Of a stretch of DNA of 64,000 nt, positions 33,873-43,842 are shown one piece after another. Below the pieces are notes generated by a model. That model had not been told where the DNA came from. It made no database searches and saw only the letters and a list, made by a program, of their open reading frames with translations. This stretch comes from Escherichia coli O127:H6 str. E2348/69. Its GTDB lineage: Bacteria; Pseudomonadota; Gammaproteobacteria; Enterobacterales; Enterobacteriaceae. Where the stretch lies: assembly GCF_000026545.1 (NCBI RefSeq), contig NC_011601.1, one strand, 5' to 3'. Both the position numbers and the translations under genes were made by a program. The stretch's first letter is position 1. Each line of letters begins with the position of its first letter.

Positions 33873-34637
33873 ATGAAAGATGAACGTCGCCCTATTTGCG
33901 AAGTGGTTGCAGAAAGTATCGAACGGTTAATTATCGACGGCGTACTGAAGGTCGGTCAGCCGCTTCCCTCGGAACGTCGACTGTGTGAAAAGCTCGGCTT
34001 CTCACGCTCCGCACTGCGTGAAGGGCTGACCGTGCTGCGCGGGCGCGGGATTATTGAAACGGCGCAGGGTCGCGATTCTCGTGTCGCACGGCTTAATCGG
34101 GTGCAGGACGCCAGCCCGCTGATCCATCTGTTCAGTACGCAGCCGCGAACGCTGTACGATCTGCTCGACGTTCGCGCATTACTGGAGGGCGAATCGGCAA
34201 GGCTGGCGGCAACGCTGGGAACGCAAGCTGATTTTGTTGTGATAACCCGCTGTTATGAAAAAATGCTCGCCGCCAGTGAGAACAACAAAGAGATTTCGCT
34301 GATCGAACATGCGCAGTTGGATCACGCTTTCCATCTCGCCATTTGTCAGGCTTCTCACAATCAGGTGTTGGTGTTTACACTGCAATCATTGACCGACCTG
34401 ATGTTTAATTCAGTGTTTGCCAGCGTAAATAATCTCTATCATCGACCACAGCAAAAAAAGCAGATCGATCGCCAGCATGCGCGGATCTACAACGCGGTGT
34501 TGCAGCGGCTGCCGCACGTCGCCCAGCGCGCAGCACGCGATCATGTGCGGACCGTGAAAAAGAATCTCCACGATATCGAGCTGGAAGGCCACCATTTGAT
34601 TCGCTCGGCGGTGCCGCTGGAGATGAAGCAGGGGTGA
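33873..34637 (+). CDS. glcC: GntR/FadR-family transcriptional activator of the glc operon
   Basis: 254 aa from ATG at 33873; N-terminal winged HTH (PSERRLCEKLGFSRSALREGL). Confidence 0.85.
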   Translation: MKDERRPICEVVAESIERLIIDGVLKVGQPLPSERRLCEKLGFSRSALREGLTVLRGRGIIETAQGRDSRVARLNRVQDASPLIHLFSTQPRTLYDLLDVRALLEGESARLAATLGTQADFVVITRCYEKMLAASENNKEISLIEHAQLDHAFHLAICQASHNQVLVFTLQSLTDLMFNSVFASVNNLYHRPQQKKQIDRQHARIYNAVLQRLPHVAQRAARDHVRTVKKNLHDIELEGHHLIRSAVPLEMKQG

Positions 34638-34643
34638 CTGTCA

Positions 34644-35786
34644 TCAAATCTGCTTTTCATACAATCGGTAACGCTTGTACGGCTCCGCCCCAATGCGTTC
34701 CAGCATGTTATTCATGCCTGTATTGGTTTCGAGGATCCATGACATTTCCAGCGCATCGATCTTCCGACGGGCAAACGGATCGCGTAAGGCTTCAATCAAT
34801 AACAGCGCAATTACCGGGCCGATGCGGCTGAACTGATACTCGTCCCGCACGCCCATCAGCGGTACTCGCGCAGTTCGCACACCGCTGACTTTCAAACGCC
34901 ACAGCAATTTTGCCCAGCCGAAGGGAAAGAGCGATCCGTTCAGATCGGCAATCGCCTCGTTGATGTTCGGCAAGCCGACAATAAACGCGCAGGGTGCAGA
35001 ATCAATCTCAGCGATGTAGATCATATCGTCCGGCACCAGATATTTAAGTTGATCGCCCATGGTCGCGAATTCATGTTCGGTAAACGGCACAAATCCCCAG
35101 TTGTGCTGCCAGCCAGAATTGAAAATCTCACGCAGGATCTGCATCTCTTCGGCAAACCGCTGGCGATTGATGCAGCGAATGGTCACCTTTTTGCGCACCT
35201 GATCCATCAGTTTTTTTAGCGCCGGAGAGAAAGTGAGATCGGTTCGCTGCATCCACCACGCCAGTAAATCAATGCCTTTGTGATAACCCAGTTGTTCAAT
35301 ATGCGCGGCATACCACGGTTTGCCGTGTGGCATCATCGCACAGGGCGGAGTGTCAAAACCTTCAATCAGTAATCCGCTTTCCTGATTGATATTCAGGCTG
35401 AAAGGCCCGCTGATCTTACTTGCACCTTGTGACTTTAACCACGCTTCCGCTGTACCAAACAACGCGGCAAAAACCTGCGGATCATCAATGGCGTCAATCA
35501 TGCCGAAATGACCGGTATCTTCACCGTAACGCTCACGGTGCAAGGTATCTATTTGCGCGGTAATACGCCCAACTATCTGCCCCGCTTTTTTTGCCACCCA
35601 CGCCTGCCAGATGATATGGTCCGTCCCCGGATTCTTCGCAGACAAATGCTCGTTGCGTTCAATGAATAAAGGGGGTATCCAGTTTGGATCGTCGGGATAA
35701 AGTGATGACGGAAAAGCGATAAATGCCTTAAGGTCATTTTTATTAATTACTTTTTCAATTTTAATCATCAGCAGATCGCATTCCAT
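34644..35786 (-). CDS. yghO: YghO, intact 380-aa putative N-acyltransferase
   Basis: Full-length ORF starting at ATG 35786, convergent with glcC and divergent from the lipid operon; the acyltransferase assignment is inferred, not from a visible motif. Confidence 0.55.
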   Translation of the reverse strand: MECDLLMIKIEKVINKNDLKAFIAFPSSLYPDDPNWIPPLFIERNEHLSAKNPGTDHIIWQAWVAKKAGQIVGRITAQIDTLHRERYGEDTGHFGMIDAIDDPQVFAALFGTAEAWLKSQGASKISGPFSLNINQESGLLIEGFDTPPCAMMPHGKPWYAAHIEQLGYHKGIDLLAWWMQRTDLTFSPALKKLMDQVRKKVTIRCINRQRFAEEMQILREIFNSGWQHNWGFVPFTEHEFATMGDQLKYLVPDDMIYIAEIDSAPCAFIVGLPNINEAIADLNGSLFPFGWAKLLWRLKVSGVRTARVPLMGVRDEYQFSRIGPVIALLLIEALRDPFARRKIDALEMSWILETNTGMNNMLERIGAEPYKRYRLYEKQI

Positions 35787-36147
35787 AGTTCTGTGGGTAA
35801 CAAATAATTAACGGTGACAAACAGGTTGCAACAGCAACGAACGGCACCTTAACAATCAACCCAATGAATACAAACGACGAATAAATAGTATTATTAATGA
35901 TTACGATAAGGTCAGAGACTACACAGAAGCGCCTCAATGCCTTTTGTCGATTTAAGGCGACCGGACAAGGCTTCTTCTTAATATATTCATAAATTAAATA
36001 TCATTCACAAAAAAACTCAAACTCATTATTTAAATCAATGTTCATTTTCACACTGATGAAAATACTATCTCATTTATCTTTTATGCCTATATAATCCACC
36101 GCATTATTGTCATTTTATTTTGGATATCCAATTTTTTCGTGGTGTAT

Positions 36148-37872
36148 ATGTCTAATAAAATCTTTACGCATTCCCTACCTATGCGCTATGCCGATTTTCC
36201 AACGCTGGTTGATGCTTTGGACTACGCCGCTCTGAGTAGCGCCGGAATGAATTTTTATGACAGACGTTGCCAACTTGAAGATCAACTGGAATATCAGACG
36301 TTAAAAGCGCGTGCCGAAGCTGGTGCGAAGCGGTTGTTATCGCTGAACCTGAAAAAAGGCGATCGCGTGGCGCTGATTGCCGAAACCAGTAGCGGGTTCG
36401 TAGAGGCTTTTTTTTCCTGCCAGTATGCCGGCTTAGTCGCCGTCCCGTTGGCGATTCCAATGGGCGTCGGTCAGCGGGATTCCTGGAGCGCCAAACTGCA
36501 GGGTTTACTGGCAAGTTGCCAGCCCGCAGCCATTATCACTGGTGATGAGTGGTTGCCACTGGTCAATGCCGCGACGCATAACAACAACCCCGAATTACAT
36601 GTTTTAAGCCACGCCTGGTTTAAGGCATTACCGGAAGCCGATGTTGCGCTCCAGCGTCCAGTTCCAAACGATATCGCCTACCTCCAGTACACCTCCGGCA
36701 GCACCCGTTTTCCCCGTGGCGTCATTATCACCCATCACGAAGTGATGGCTAATCTACGTGCTATAAGCCACGATGGCATTAAATTACGCCCTGGCGACCG
36801 CTGCGTCTCCTGGCTGCCTTTCTACCATGATATGGGACTGGTCGGCTTTCTCCTGACCCCCGTCGCCACGCAGCTTTCAGTAGATTATTTGCGCACTCAG
36901 GATTTTGCCATGCGTCCTCTGCAATGGCTTAAATTGATCAGTAAAAATCGCGGCACCGTTTCCGTTGCACCGCCGTTTGGCTATGAATTGTGCCAGCGCC
37001 GCGTGAATGAAAAAGATCTCGCTGAACTGGATCTTTCCTGCTGGCGCGTCGCTGGTATTGGAGCAGAACCGATCTCCGCAGAACAACTCCATCAATTCGC
37101 TGAATGTTTTCGTCAGGTTAACTTTGACGATAAAACTTTCATGCCGTGCTACGGACTGGCAGAAAATGCGCTGGCTGTCAGCTTCTCTGATGAAGCCTGC
37201 GGGGTTGTGGTTAACGAAGTGGATCGCGACATCCTCGAATACCAGGGTAAAGCCGTCGCGCCGGGTGCTGAAACACGCGCCGTATCGACTTTCGTCAACT
37301 GCGGTAAAGCGTTGCCGGAACATGGCATTGAAATCCGCAATGAAGCAGATATACCTGTCGCGGAACGTGTGGTAGGCCATATTTGCATCTCCGGCCCCAG
37401 CCTGATGAGCGGGTACTTTGGCGACCAGGTTTCGCAAGACGAGATTGCCGCGACGGGCTGGTTAGACACCGGCGACCTTGGTTATCTGCTGGACGGTTAT
37501 CTGTATGTCACCGGACGCATTAAAGATCTGATTATTATTCGTGGCCGTAATATCTGGCCGCAGGATATTGAATACATTGCGGAACAGGAACCGGAAATTC
37601 ATTCTGGCGATGCGATTGCTTTTGTTACCGCCCAGGAAAAAATCATTTTGCAGATCCAGTGTCGGATCAGCGACGAAGAACGTCGCGGGCAGCTTATCCA
37701 CGCGCTGGCAGCTCGGATCCAAAGCGAATTTGGCGTTACCGCGGATATCGATCTGTTGCCGCCCCACAGTATTCCCCGAACATCCTCCGGCAAGCCTGCC
37801 CGTGCGGAAGCGAAAAAACGTTATCAGAAGGCTTATGCTGCCAGTCTTCATGTGCAGGAATCCCTGGCATGA
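36148..37872 (+). CDS. Fatty-acyl-AMP ligase / acyl-ACP synthetase (adenylate-forming enzyme)
   Basis: AMP-binding signature YTSGSTRFPRGVIITHHE; 574 aa from ATG 36148; stop overlaps the next start (ATGA at 37869-37872). Confidence 0.75.
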   Translation: MSNKIFTHSLPMRYADFPTLVDALDYAALSSAGMNFYDRRCQLEDQLEYQTLKARAEAGAKRLLSLNLKKGDRVALIAETSSGFVEAFFSCQYAGLVAVPLAIPMGVGQRDSWSAKLQGLLASCQPAAIITGDEWLPLVNAATHNNNPELHVLSHAWFKALPEADVALQRPVPNDIAYLQYTSGSTRFPRGVIITHHEVMANLRAISHDGIKLRPGDRCVSWLPFYHDMGLVGFLLTPVATQLSVDYLRTQDFAMRPLQWLKLISKNRGTVSVAPPFGYELCQRRVNEKDLAELDLSCWRVAGIGAEPISAEQLHQFAECFRQVNFDDKTFMPCYGLAENALAVSFSDEACGVVVNEVDRDILEYQGKAVAPGAETRAVSTFVNCGKALPEHGIEIRNEADIPVAERVVGHICISGPSLMSGYFGDQVSQDEIAATGWLDTGDLGYLLDGYLYVTGRIKDLIIIRGRNIWPQDIEYIAEQEPEIHSGDAIAFVTAQEKIILQIQCRISDEERRGQLIHALAARIQSEFGVTADIDLLPPHSIPRTSSGKPARAEAKKRYQKAYAASLHVQESLA

Positions 37873-38783
37873 ATCAAACTGTCGCGGTGACGGGCGCTAC
37901 CGGGTTTATCGGTAAATATATTATTGATAACCTGCTCGCCCGCGGCTTTCACGTTCGCGCATTAACGCGTACTGCCCGCGCTCACGTCAATGATAATCTC
38001 ATCTGGGTGCGCGGTTCGCTGGAAGATACACATTCGCTTAGCGAACTGGTTGCCGGAGCCAGCGCGGTGGTCCATTGCGCCGGACAAGTGCGCGGACACA
38101 AAGAAGAGATTTTTACCCGCTGTAACGTTGACGGCAGCCTGCGCCTGATGCAAGCGGCAAAAGAGAGCGGCTTTTGCCAACGTTTTCTGTTTATCTCTTC
38201 GCTGGCGGCGCGCCATCCCGAACTCTCCTGGTACGCAAATTCCAAACACGTCGCCGAACAACGACTGATCGCAATGGCTGACGAAATTACGCTGGGCATT
38301 TTTCGCCCGACAGCCGTGTATGGTCCCGGCGATAAAGAGTTAAAACCGCTGTTTGACTGGATGCTGCGCGGCCTGCTGCCACGACTTGGTGCGCCAGATA
38401 CACAACTCTCTTTCCTGCACGTCACCGATTTTGCGCAAGCAGTGGGTCAGTGGTTAAACGCCGAAACTGTACAGACGCAAACCTATGAATTATGCGATGG
38501 CGTCGCTGGCGGCTATGACTGGCAACGCGTACGACAGCTTGCCGCCGAAGCCCGTTGTGGTTCTGTGCGGATGGTTGGCATTCCTCTGCCGCTACTCACC
38601 TGCCTTGCGGATATCAGTACTGCGTTGAGTCGCCTGGCAGGTAAAGAACCTATGCTGACCCGCTCGAAAATTCGTGAATTAACCCACGCCGACTGGTCGG
38701 CAAATAATAACCGTATTTCTGAAGATATTAATTGGTTTCCCGGGATTAGCCTGGAACACGCATTACGCAACGGGCTATTTTGA
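37869..38783 (+). CDS. NAD(P)-dependent epimerase/dehydratase-family (SDR) reductase
   Basis: Rossmann motif VAVTGATGFIGKY at the N-terminus; 304 aa; translationally coupled to the ligase. Confidence 0.75.
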   Translation: MNQTVAVTGATGFIGKYIIDNLLARGFHVRALTRTARAHVNDNLIWVRGSLEDTHSLSELVAGASAVVHCAGQVRGHKEEIFTRCNVDGSLRLMQAAKESGFCQRFLFISSLAARHPELSWYANSKHVAEQRLIAMADEITLGIFRPTAVYGPGDKELKPLFDWMLRGLLPRLGAPDTQLSFLHVTDFAQAVGQWLNAETVQTQTYELCDGVAGGYDWQRVRQLAAEARCGSVRMVGIPLPLLTCLADISTALSRLAGKEPMLTRSKIRELTHADWSANNNRISEDINWFPGISLEHALRNGLF

Positions 38784-38814
38784 TTGTCTTGTTTAAAGGT
38801 GTGTTAACGTTTCT

Positions 38815-39063
38815 ATGGTAAATCGTGAAATAGTAATGGATTACATCCTTTCCTGTTTACAGGATTTGGTCGAAAACGGTGTGGAAATTAAGCCCGACAG
38901 CGATCTCGTCAACGATCTTGGCCTGGAGTCGATCAAAGTGATGGATCTCTTAATGATGCTGGAAGACAGATTCGATATTTCCATTCCTATTAATATTCTG
39001 CTGGATGTCAAAACCCCTGCGCAATTAATGGAAACTCTACTTCCATGGCTGGAGAATAAATAA
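38815..39063 (+). CDS. Acyl carrier protein (dedicated ACP)
   Basis: 82 aa with phosphopantetheine-attachment motif DLGLESIKVMDL; stop overlaps the next start (TAATG). Confidence 0.75.
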   Translation: MVNREIVMDYILSCLQDLVENGVEIKPDSDLVNDLGLESIKVMDLLMMLEDRFDISIPINILLDVKTPAQLMETLLPWLENK

Positions 39064-40235
39064 TGGGGCTATACGATAAATATGCGCGCCTTGCTGGCGA
39101 GCGCCTGCAATTTAGTGATAACGGGTTAACACCATTTGGCACCTGTATTGATGAAGTATATTCCGCCACCGAAGGCCGGATCGGCAATAAAAAAGTGATT
39201 CTGGCCGGGACCAATAATTATCTCGGTTTAACCTTTAATCATGATGCTATCCGCGAAGGTCAGGCAGCGTTAGCGGCCCAAGGCACTGGCACCACCGGTT
39301 CTCGTATGGCAAACGGCAGTTATGCGCCGCATCTGGCGTTAGAGAAAGAGATTGCCGAGTTTTTCAATCGCCCTACCGCTATCGTTTTTTCAACCGGTTA
39401 TACAGCTAATTTAGGCGTCATCAGCGCACTTGCCGACCATAACGCCGTGGTGTTACTGGATGCCGACAGCCACGCCAGTATTTATGACGCCTGTTCTCTC
39501 GGCGGCGCAGAGATTATTCGTTTCCGCCATAATGACGTCAACGATCTGGAACGGCGCATGGTCCGCCTCGGTGAACGGGCGAAAGAGGCGATTATTATCG
39601 TTGAAGGCATCTACAGTATGCTCGGTGACGTTGCGCCGCTGGCAGAAATTGTTGATATCAAACGTCGTCTCGGTGGTTATTTGATTGTCGATGAAGCACA
39701 TTCGTTTGGCGTGTTAGGCGTAACAGGCCGCGGACTGGTTGAAGCCGTTGGCGTTGAAGACGACGTGGATATTATCGTCGGCACCTTCAGTAAAAGTTTG
39801 GCTTCCATTGGTGGTTTTGCCGTGGGTTCAGAAGCGATGGAAGTGCTGCGCTACGGCAGCCGCCCGTATATTTTTACCGCCTCTCCTTCTCCGTCCTGCA
39901 TTGCGACCGTGCGCTCGTCGTTAAGAACCATTGCCACACAACCAGAGTTGCGGCAAAAACTGATGGATAACGCCAACCATCTGTATGACGGTCTGCAAAA
40001 ACTGGGTTACGAGTTAAGTTCACATATTAGCCCGGTAGTGCCAGTAATAATCGGTTCGAAAGAGGAAGGTTTACGCATCTGGCGCGAGCTTATTTCGCTG
40101 GGCGTTTATGTGAATCTTATCCTGCCACCTGCCGCGCCTGCAGGCATCACGCTGCTGCGCTGTAGCGTAAACGCTGCCCACAGTCGTGAGCAAATCGATG
40201 CCATCATTCAGGCATTTGCTACTCTGAAGCAGTAA
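39063..40235 (+). CDS. Alpha-oxoamine synthase-family PLP enzyme (serine palmitoyltransferase / BioF / Kbl-like)
   Basis: 390 aa with PLP-lysine motif GTFSKSLASIGGF and a glycine-rich N-terminal region; 1-nt overlap with the ACP stop. Confidence 0.8.
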   Translation: MGLYDKYARLAGERLQFSDNGLTPFGTCIDEVYSATEGRIGNKKVILAGTNNYLGLTFNHDAIREGQAALAAQGTGTTGSRMANGSYAPHLALEKEIAEFFNRPTAIVFSTGYTANLGVISALADHNAVVLLDADSHASIYDACSLGGAEIIRFRHNDVNDLERRMVRLGERAKEAIIIVEGIYSMLGDVAPLAEIVDIKRRLGGYLIVDEAHSFGVLGVTGRGLVEAVGVEDDVDIIVGTFSKSLASIGGFAVGSEAMEVLRYGSRPYIFTASPSPSCIATVRSSLRTIATQPELRQKLMDNANHLYDGLQKLGYELSSHISPVVPVIIGSKEEGLRIWRELISLGVYVNLILPPAAPAGITLLRCSVNAAHSREQIDAIIQAFATLKQ

Positions 40236-40240
40236 TGTGA

Positions 40241-40269
40241 ACCCGCCGTGGTGTTGCGCCACGGCGGGT
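40241..40269. terminator. Bidirectional hairpin terminator between convergent operons
   Basis: 11-bp perfect stem ACCCGCCGTGG / CCACGGCGGGT with a 7-nt loop, directly after the oxoamine synthase stop and abutting the LptG-like stop. Confidence 0.55.
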
Positions 40270-41349
40270 TTAATGTTGTCTGTCATGCCAATACACCAGG
40301 CTCAACGCCACCAGCACAAACGCTACCGGTAAACCGAGCGCGGTAACAGGTGCGCTCAACGCAAATAGCAATCCCAGATTGACCATGATTTGATAGCTGA
40401 TCCAGGTGAGTAAACCAACGATGACCCCTACAGCGAGACGGCTACCCATCCTAGGCGAGCGCGGGGCACTAAAGGTAAACGGCACAGCCAGCAAAATCAT
40501 CGCCAGAGTCAAGATGGGTTGCCCCAGTTTTTCCCACAGTGCAAGGCGGTATTCGCTGCTGGGTTGCCCGGTTTCCTGCAAATAATGGATGTAATGATTA
40601 AGCTGACGGACAGAAAAAGTATTTCCCGGCATCGATAACTCTTCAAGATTCATACTGGTGAAGGTCGATTGCCAGGCAAGATAATCAGATGTTTCCTGCG
40701 TTTCTTTGCCATTCAGCCATTTTTTATGATTCACACCATGCAGGATCCACGTTTTGTCATCTTCAATGGTGGCACTGCGCGCATAAATGTAGGATTCGAG
40801 CGAGAGATCATCGCGGTAATGAAATATCTCCACGTCCACCGGCTGGCCCTGCTCGTTCAGCGATTTCACCGTCACAAATTCATTACCACGCCTGGCCCAC
40901 AGCATATTGCCGGTAATGTCATCGTCCTCCCCCAACGCAGTGGCAGTCGATTTGATTTGCAGCGCCTGTTGCTGCAATGGCGACGCCACCCACTCATCTA
41001 TCGCGCCTAATGAAACAGTCCACAATATCCCGGCAACCAGCGCCACCAGTGCAATACGGAAGATAGAAAACCCCGTGCTGCGAATGGCGGTAAGCTCACT
41101 GTTTTTCGATAACTGCCCCAGGCCGACAATCCCTCCCAATAAGGCGATAAACGGCGAAAGTTCGACCAGTGTGCGCGGTAAGGTCATCAGCACCACCAGC
41201 ACCGCCTGAGTCCAGCGATAACCACCCGGGCTGACATCATCCAGTTCGTTAATCAGGTTGAAGGTGGTAAAAAGCGGCAGCAATAGCCCTGCGGCGGCGG
41301 CAAAACCGAGAAAGAGATGACGGATTAAATAGCGACTGAAAACATTCAT
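40270..41349 (-). CDS. LptG-like permease (YjgP/YjgQ family)
   Basis: About 359 aa from ATG 41349 (ATGA overlap with upstream gene); N-terminus MNVFSRYLIRHLFLGF resembles LptF/LptG-type permeases. Confidence 0.65.
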   Translation of the reverse strand: MNVFSRYLIRHLFLGFAAAAGLLLPLFTTFNLINELDDVSPGGYRWTQAVLVVLMTLPRTLVELSPFIALLGGIVGLGQLSKNSELTAIRSTGFSIFRIALVALVAGILWTVSLGAIDEWVASPLQQQALQIKSTATALGEDDDITGNMLWARRGNEFVTVKSLNEQGQPVDVEIFHYRDDLSLESYIYARSATIEDDKTWILHGVNHKKWLNGKETQETSDYLAWQSTFTSMNLEELSMPGNTFSVRQLNHYIHYLQETGQPSSEYRLALWEKLGQPILTLAMILLAVPFTFSAPRSPRMGSRLAVGVIVGLLTWISYQIMVNLGLLFALSAPVTALGLPVAFVLVALSLVYWHDRQH

Positions 41350-42416
41350 CGGGAAAATTTCTGCAGCAAAGAGAAGTCGCGTGCGACCAACATCAGCAGG
41401 CCCATTAGCATGAGTCCGGGTACTAACCACAAACCAGGAATGAGGGGAATCGCGCCGTTAGCCACCAGCGTACGGCAGACGTCGCCGCCATAAAAAATGG
41501 CAACAAACAGCAACGTCAGTGGCAATAACGTTGAAAATCGCCCTTGCCGCGGTTTTACCCGACTTAATGAAATGGCCAGCAGCGCCATCAACAATGCTGT
41601 CAGGCCACGGCTTTGTCGCCATTGCAGTTCGGCATGATCGGCAGGAAAGGCGGAGCGCGCCAGCTCCGTGACCGATTTTGCTTTGCGTTTGACGTTAGGG
41701 CTTTGATCCAGCGGATTCAGATGTAATTGCAGATTACGGTAGATCTGTTCGTTGTCGTCACGCCCCTGATGATCGAGAAGATAGGCGGTCCCGTTATGCA
41801 ACATAACGGTCGGTTTCTCAGGTGATGGGTCAACCACATCAACCGAACGGGCGCGGAAAATGCGGGTTCGATTAGCAGTAGAAGTATAAATCAGCGCGTC
41901 AGTCAGGCGATTATTATCCTGATCAACCGTCTGCGAAAGGATCATTCGTCCGTTATCGTTAGTGTTAAATTGCTTTGCCCGCAACTGGCGAACATCCAGC
42001 TCCGACTGTGACTGTTGCTCCAGTTGATAAATCTGCGCATAAGCCCACGGACGACCATACATCGACAGAAGGGTGACAAAAATACTTAGCGGTATCGCCA
42101 GATAAAGAACGGCTTTGTACAAGCGTCCCGGACTGCCCCCCGCCGCAGAGATAGCGGTAATTTCCGAGTCGGTATACATCTGCCCTAGCGTCACGCCAAC
42201 TGACACATACAGTCCAACAGGTAACAACATCTCCAGTGCAATCAGCACTTTGTAGAAAACGATATCCAGCACAACATCAAGAGCTAATGTCCCATTTGCC
42301 GCTTCGGTCAGATAACGCTGTGCGGAGTAGCTGGCGAAAATAAAGATCAGAAAACCGACGATAATCAGCACCAGACGGCGCGTACCACGCATGATGTAGT
42401 GTTCAACCAGCTTCAT
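41346..42416 (-). CDS. LptF-like permease (YjgP/YjgQ family)
   Basis: 356 aa, MKLVEHYIMRGTRRLVLIIVGFLIF...; paired with the LptG-like gene. Confidence 0.65.
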   Translation of the reverse strand: MKLVEHYIMRGTRRLVLIIVGFLIFIFASYSAQRYLTEAANGTLALDVVLDIVFYKVLIALEMLLPVGLYVSVGVTLGQMYTDSEITAISAAGGSPGRLYKAVLYLAIPLSIFVTLLSMYGRPWAYAQIYQLEQQSQSELDVRQLRAKQFNTNDNGRMILSQTVDQDNNRLTDALIYTSTANRTRIFRARSVDVVDPSPEKPTVMLHNGTAYLLDHQGRDDNEQIYRNLQLHLNPLDQSPNVKRKAKSVTELARSAFPADHAELQWRQSRGLTALLMALLAISLSRVKPRQGRFSTLLPLTLLFVAIFYGGDVCRTLVANGAIPLIPGLWLVPGLMLMGLLMLVARDFSLLQKFSR

Positions 42417-42445
42417 CTCACTAACGCCCTCAATCCTTTGAATTT

Positions 42446-43009
42446 TTATTCATTGATCAGCTTCTGCGCCAGCGCAATGACATGATCTACCTCTTCCGGC
42501 GTCAGGCTGCCGTCCTTTGCCCACTGAATTTGCCCGGTTTTATTCAGCACCAGAATGGTTGAACTCTGCTCCTGCAAGTGCCAGGCAACGCGTCCCTGTC
42601 CATTGCCGTCAATAACGAATTGCGCCCATGGATAGCGGCGTTTATTTTTTTCGATTTTGCCAACGACAAAATAGCCGGTACCAAAGATGGCATCATCAGT
42701 GTTCACAATGGTGGTGGGCTGAAAACGATCCTGCGGAAAGTTTGCCGCTTCAACTGCTTTAATTAACAGTGAGTTCTTTTTCTTCGCCGACTTACGCCCG
42801 GCGATATACTGAATAATGCGAACTTTTCCTGCCAATTGGGTGCTGTTCCACTTTTGGTAGTGAATTTCGTCGTCGCTATTCCGAAGCAGCTCGCCGCCTT
42901 CCTGGATATAAACGGGGGTAACCGTTTTGCCAGTGACGAAATTGTGTGCCTGCACACCCGGGGCTAAGAGCATGATAATCAGCGCAATAATCAAACGAGA
43001 TGACATCAT
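42446..43009 (-). CDS. YtfJ-like periplasmic protein
   Basis: 187 aa with a signal peptide; conserved stretches (TTIVNTDDAI, QWAKDGSLTPEEV) closely resemble E. coli YtfJ as recalled from memory. Confidence 0.55.
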   Translation of the reverse strand: MMSSRLIIALIIMLLAPGVQAHNFVTGKTVTPVYIQEGGELLRNSDDEIHYQKWNSTQLAGKVRIIQYIAGRKSAKKKNSLLIKAVEAANFPQDRFQPTTIVNTDDAIFGTGYFVVGKIEKNKRRYPWAQFVIDGNGQGRVAWHLQEQSSTILVLNKTGQIQWAKDGSLTPEEVDHVIALAQKLINE

Positions 43010-43017
43010 TGCTCCGG

Positions 43018-43842
43018 TTATAGCGGAAAACGCGAAATCAGCAGTTCTAAGCGCTGGCGAATATCGCTATCCAGCGCCATCGGTGCATCATACGACTGGC
43101 GGTTTTCCATATCATCCGCCACCATGTCGTCGTGTTTATCCCCCATCAGGCCATTAATGGCGGCGAGGAAGCGGGAAATCTGTAACGCCTCTTTATTTTC
43201 AGGATCAAGCGATCTTAAGGTGTCGTAATAAGAAACCTGCTGGCTGATGATTTTTCGCACATCATGAAATTCCCTGCCAGTTAGTTGCGGTTTAGCAATA
43301 ATCTCTTTCAGGATGTACATTTGCTTCTGGCGGTAGGCGATAAAACCGTTCACGGTTTCTAACTGGCTATGGCGCAATGAATAGTTCACCAGCCACCAGA
43401 CAGGGGAGCTCAAATAAACACGTAACAGGTTACCGTAAAACGACACAATATTTTTCTTACCGTTACGAAAGCCATCCTGAAAATGCCCAAGAAAAACGGT
43501 CGTTTTGCCGAATAAAAATCCAGCCTGATGCTTCTTTAAATACAGCCGTTGCGCAAAACGCAGATGCTTGTAGCGCGCTCGCATGTATTTAAACTGTTTG
43601 CGCTCGTCTGTCGTCAGCTCATCGCCTTTCGCCTGTTTGCGGATTAAACGCAGTAACTCCTGACGATTAACACCATCCAGCCAGAATTTCAGGCATAACG
43701 CGTAATTATCATGGATGATTTCGGTGGTACAACTTAGTGCGATAGTCGGCGGCAAACTGACCTGTGCATCAACAACATCATCTTCTTCAATCGCAACAAA
43801 TAGACGCTCGCTCGCCTCAAGCGGGAAATATTTTCTCATCAT
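43018..43842 (-). CDS. Hypothetical protein (274 aa)
   Basis: ORF in operon context between yghQ and the YtfJ-like gene; no motif recognised by eye. Confidence 0.5.
   Translation of the reverse strand: MMRKYFPLEASERLFVAIEEDDVVDAQVSLPPTIALSCTTEIIHDNYALCLKFWLDGVNRQELLRLIRKQAKGDELTTDERKQFKYMRARYKHLRFAQRLYLKKHQAGFLFGKTTVFLGHFQDGFRNGKKNIVSFYGNLLRVYLSSPVWWLVNYSLRHSQLETVNGFIAYRQKQMYILKEIIAKPQLTGREFHDVRKIISQQVSYYDTLRSLDPENKEALQISRFLAAINGLMGDKHDDMVADDMENRQSYDAPMALDSDIRQRLELLISRFPL

Noticed and set aside
37659-37868. 70-codon N-terminal extension of the reductase ORF in the track (and similar upstream extensions of glcF, glcC, hybE, hybF, yqhA, yghU, gspG)
   Set aside because: The extensions begin at GTG/TTG codons inside the preceding gene and lack ribosome-binding sites; internal ATG codons with Shine-Dalgarno sequences, or matching the protein N-termini I recall, were used instead.
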